Below, piece after piece: positions 61,653 to 64,000 of a DNA stretch of 64,000 nt. Within the stretch, counting starts at the first letter, position 1; every line of letters begins with the position of its first letter. The notes under the pieces were generated by a model, which ran no database searches, had not been told where the DNA came from, and was given only the letters and a program-made list of their open reading frames with translations. Source of the DNA: Thermoanaerobaculia bacterium (GTDB taxonomy: Bacteria > Acidobacteriota > Thermoanaerobaculia > Multivoradales > Multivoraceae); the NCBI GenBank assembly GCA_963664405.1, contig OY761158.1:3136001-3200000 (forward strand). The letters run 5' to 3'. The translations under genes were made by a program, and so were the position numbers.

Positions 61653-62290
61653 GGGGCGGCCAGTGTATCAAGTGGCAGCTGGCTATTTTGGGTGCTGCAG
61701 AGCTCTCTTAGGTCACTCCCAATTCTCTCGAAGAGCCCATAGACGAGAGGCAGCGGTAAGCCGATCACGTTGGAGCTCTGGCCGGAGATCGCCTCGACGA
61801 AGAGGCCGCCGATGCCTTGGAGAGCGTAGGCCCCAGCCTTGTCGGAGGGCTCGCCGGTAGCCACGTACCACTCGATCTCTTCTGCGCTGAGCTGCCGTAG
61901 CCGTACGCCGCTCGCGGCGATGTCGCTGACGCTCGTTCCCGCGTCCGTATCTCGCAAAGTTACTCCAGTGAGCACCGTGTGCTCGCGACCGGCGAGCCGA
62001 GCAAGCATCCGCCGAGCGTCGTCGTCGCTATCGGGCTTGCCGAGAACATCGCCTTCGAGAACGACGATGGTGTCCGCCGCCAGGACCAGACTCCTCGCCG
62101 CTTCGATTGCGGCTGCCTTCGCGGCGGAGAGCCGTCGCACATAAGCTTCGGCGGCCTCCCCTGTCAGCCTTGCTTCATCGACGTCCGGGACGCGGATGGT
62201 GAAGTCCACCCCGATCGACAGCAGAAGCTGCCGTCGTCGTGGAGAGCTGGACGCCAGAACCAGACTTTGGCCTGCGGAGGTCCGTCTCAT
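61649..62290 (-). CDS. maf: Maf-family nucleotide pyrophosphatase
   Basis: LASSSPRR, AADTIV, LGKP, DKAGAY..QG and NVIGLP motifs. Confidence 0.93.
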   Translation of the reverse strand: MRRTSAGQSLVLASSSPRRRQLLLSIGVDFTIRVPDVDEARLTGEAAEAYVRRLSAAKAAAIEAARSLVLAADTIVVLEGDVLGKPDSDDDARRMLARLAGREHTVLTGVTLRDTDAGTSVSDIAASGVRLRQLSAEEIEWYVATGEPSDKAGAYALQGIGGLFVEAISGQSSNVIGLPLPLVYGLFERIGSDLRELCSTQNSQLPLDTLAAP

Positions 62291-64000
62291 GGGTAGTAGC
62301 CGCGCATGGTCTTGGCCTGGAGGCCAGGTGGGCGAACCTCGAGCTCGATCTTGCGGAACTTTTCGATCGCCTGACCTTGAGAGGATTGGTAGGCGATGAG
62401 GTACTGAGCGCGCAGCTCGTTCTCGATTTTTTGATAGACAGAGCCGAGCCCGCCGGCGCCGCTGATGAAGAAATGCCGGCCTCCGGTCTCCCGGGCAAGC
62501 CGGCTCAGCTTGCTGCGAGCGACGATCTCGCGTTGATCCATCTCCAGACCGATGCTGTAGACGGCCACACCGGTGTGGCGGGCGAACTCGAGAACATCGT
62601 CGAAACTGTACTTACTTCCGGTGTCTTCTCCATCCGACAGTAGGATCAGTGCCCGCTTGCCGCGTAGGCCGCTGAAGTAGTGGAGGGCGAAGATCAAGCT
62701 GTCATGCAAGGCGGTCTCACCCTCGGTCACCAGCCCGGCGAGCCCGCCCGCGAGGATCTCCAGATTGTTGGTAAAGGGCACGACCAGGTCGGGGACATCG
62801 TTGAAGGTCATCAGCGAGGCCCGATCTCTTGGGCGGAGCACCGACTCGAAGAATTTGAGCGCGGCCTTCTCCGCCTCCTCCAGCGCGTCGGTCATCGAGG
62901 TCGAGGTGTCGAGCAGGATGCCGGCATGGATAGGGCGCTCATTGACGGCCTCGAAGCGCCGGATGGTCTGCTCTTCGCCATCTTCCTTGACCACGAAGTC
63001 CTCCTTGGACAACTCCTCGACCGGGCGTCCCTTGGAGTCGAAGACCGAGGCGTAGAGCTCGACAAAATCGATCTGGACCTGGTCGACGGGGTAGGGCGAG
63101 TTGACGAGCACCAGATCTTCAGTGCTACTACCGTCAACCAGGTAGGCCACCGCGCGAACGTAGCCGAGCTCCTGGCTGCTTGGGATGAGGATGGGCTGGA
63201 TGAAGGGAGCCTGATAAAGGGAAGCGACCAGGTCTTCGTTGAGGTAGATCTCCAGGCGATCGAGCTCCTCGCCTTCCGGAATCTCGACCTCGGCATGGGC
63301 ACGCACACTCTGGGTGTAGCGCCGGCCCCTCTGGGGCTCGATGAGCCTCACGCCGAAGCGATGGGGGCCGGCGTTGATCAGTACCTGGTCGCGGGCCAGG
63401 GTTCGACCCTCGGCGTCGACCGCGCGTGCCTGGAGCGTGTGGACCCGCGGCGCCTGTCCGAGGTTTATCTCGATACTGTAGGGCGCTTTCGACTTCGACA
63501 TCACCTGCTTGCCGTTGAGGTCGAAGGCAACCTTGGAGATACCCTCTCCGCCGACTTCGGCGCTGACCCGAACGGTACCCGTGATCAAACGGTCGCTCGG
63601 TGCCCACAGTTTCAATACGTGGTCGCCATCGACGGCCTCTACCAGCGAGGCGTTGGCTTCGGTGAGAAGCTCGAGGAAGCCGTCCGGTTCCGGCGCCGGC
63701 GGCAACGATGCGGCGTCGATACGCGGGTTGGGCACCTCGATCTCGTCGTGCAGGCGGAAATATCGCTCGGAGTTGAGGTCTTGGAGGCGAACGATCCAGG
63801 TGTAGGTGGCGGGACGCAGATATCTCTCGAGCGCGAGCGCGATGGTTTGGTCCCCCTCCGCGCTTGGCGGCACATCGAACTTGTAGCGGAAGGTGTCGAA
63901 GAGCTCTCCCCGAAGAAGGATCTCGCCGTCGACGAGAAAATTGTAGGAGCGATGCTCCCCGGTCTGCGCGATCTGGGCTTGTTCGCCGGCCACCGAAAAG
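62287..64000 (-). CDS. VWA-domain protein with Ig-like domains (5' end beyond the window)
   Basis: MIDAS DTSTSM, TALHDS, LSDGED and ETGG motifs; ends QYLIAY...RGYYP. Confidence 0.88.
   Translation of the reverse strand, partial: FSVAGEQAQIAQTGEHRSYNFLVDGEILLRGELFDTFRYKFDVPPSAEGDQTIALALERYLRPATYTWIVRLQDLNSERYFRLHDEIEVPNPRIDAASLPPAPEPDGFLELLTEANASLVEAVDGDHVLKLWAPSDRLITGTVRVSAEVGGEGISKVAFDLNGKQVMSKSKAPYSIEINLGQAPRVHTLQARAVDAEGRTLARDQVLINAGPHRFGVRLIEPQRGRRYTQSVRAHAEVEIPEGEELDRLEIYLNEDLVASLYQAPFIQPILIPSSQELGYVRAVAYLVDGSSTEDLVLVNSPYPVDQVQIDFVELYASVFDSKGRPVEELSKEDFVVKEDGEEQTIRRFEAVNERPIHAGILLDTSTSMTDALEEAEKAALKFFESVLRPRDRASLMTFNDVPDLVVPFTNNLEILAGGLAGLVTEGETALHDSLIFALHYFSGLRGKRALILLSDGEDTGSKYSFDDVLEFARHTGVAVYSIGLEMDQREIVARSKLSRLARETGGRHFFISGAGGLGSVYQKIENELRAQYLIAYQSSQGQAIEKFRKIELEVRPPGLQAKTMRGYYP

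Noticed and set aside
60341-61742. ORFs spanning the tandem repeat (129, 122 and 290 aa)
   Set aside because: They are read-through of intergenic and hairpin DNA into the duplicated gene tail, with no plausible starts.

Overview
GC-rich bacterial chromosomal window. Gene content (VWA protein, ASPIC/UnbV plus multiheme pair, LiaF-type protein) suggests Acidobacteriota, but this is inference. The left half is accessory and housekeeping: a VapBC-type toxin-antitoxin pair, a PabB-PabC fusion, a secreted PHP-like hydrolase, polB, traB, a PBP, a PP2C sensor gene interrupted by a complete 2005-bp ISAzo13-family element, a multiheme/TPR protein with an ASPIC partner, a GST, a carboxylesterase, tRNA-fMet and an amidase. 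The right half holds eno-ftsB, mfd with two PPIases, a dcw cluster (mraZ to ftsA), polyamine genes, argS, a macro-domain gene, maf and a VWA gene. The most striking signal is that ftsA runs in frame into agmatinase (speB), while ftsZ lies on the opposite strand behind speA. Flipping one 3.6-kb block bounded by a 4-bp inverted ATAC/GTAT restores both ftsA-ftsZ and speA-speB, so this is an inversion (biological or an assembly artefact) joining cell division and polyamine genes. Other signals: the IS end supplies a new in-frame start to the gene it disrupts, a dispersed REP-like hairpin family, a 254-bp triplication of a gene 3' end, and two frameshifts. All calls come from reading motifs by eye; no database searches were run.
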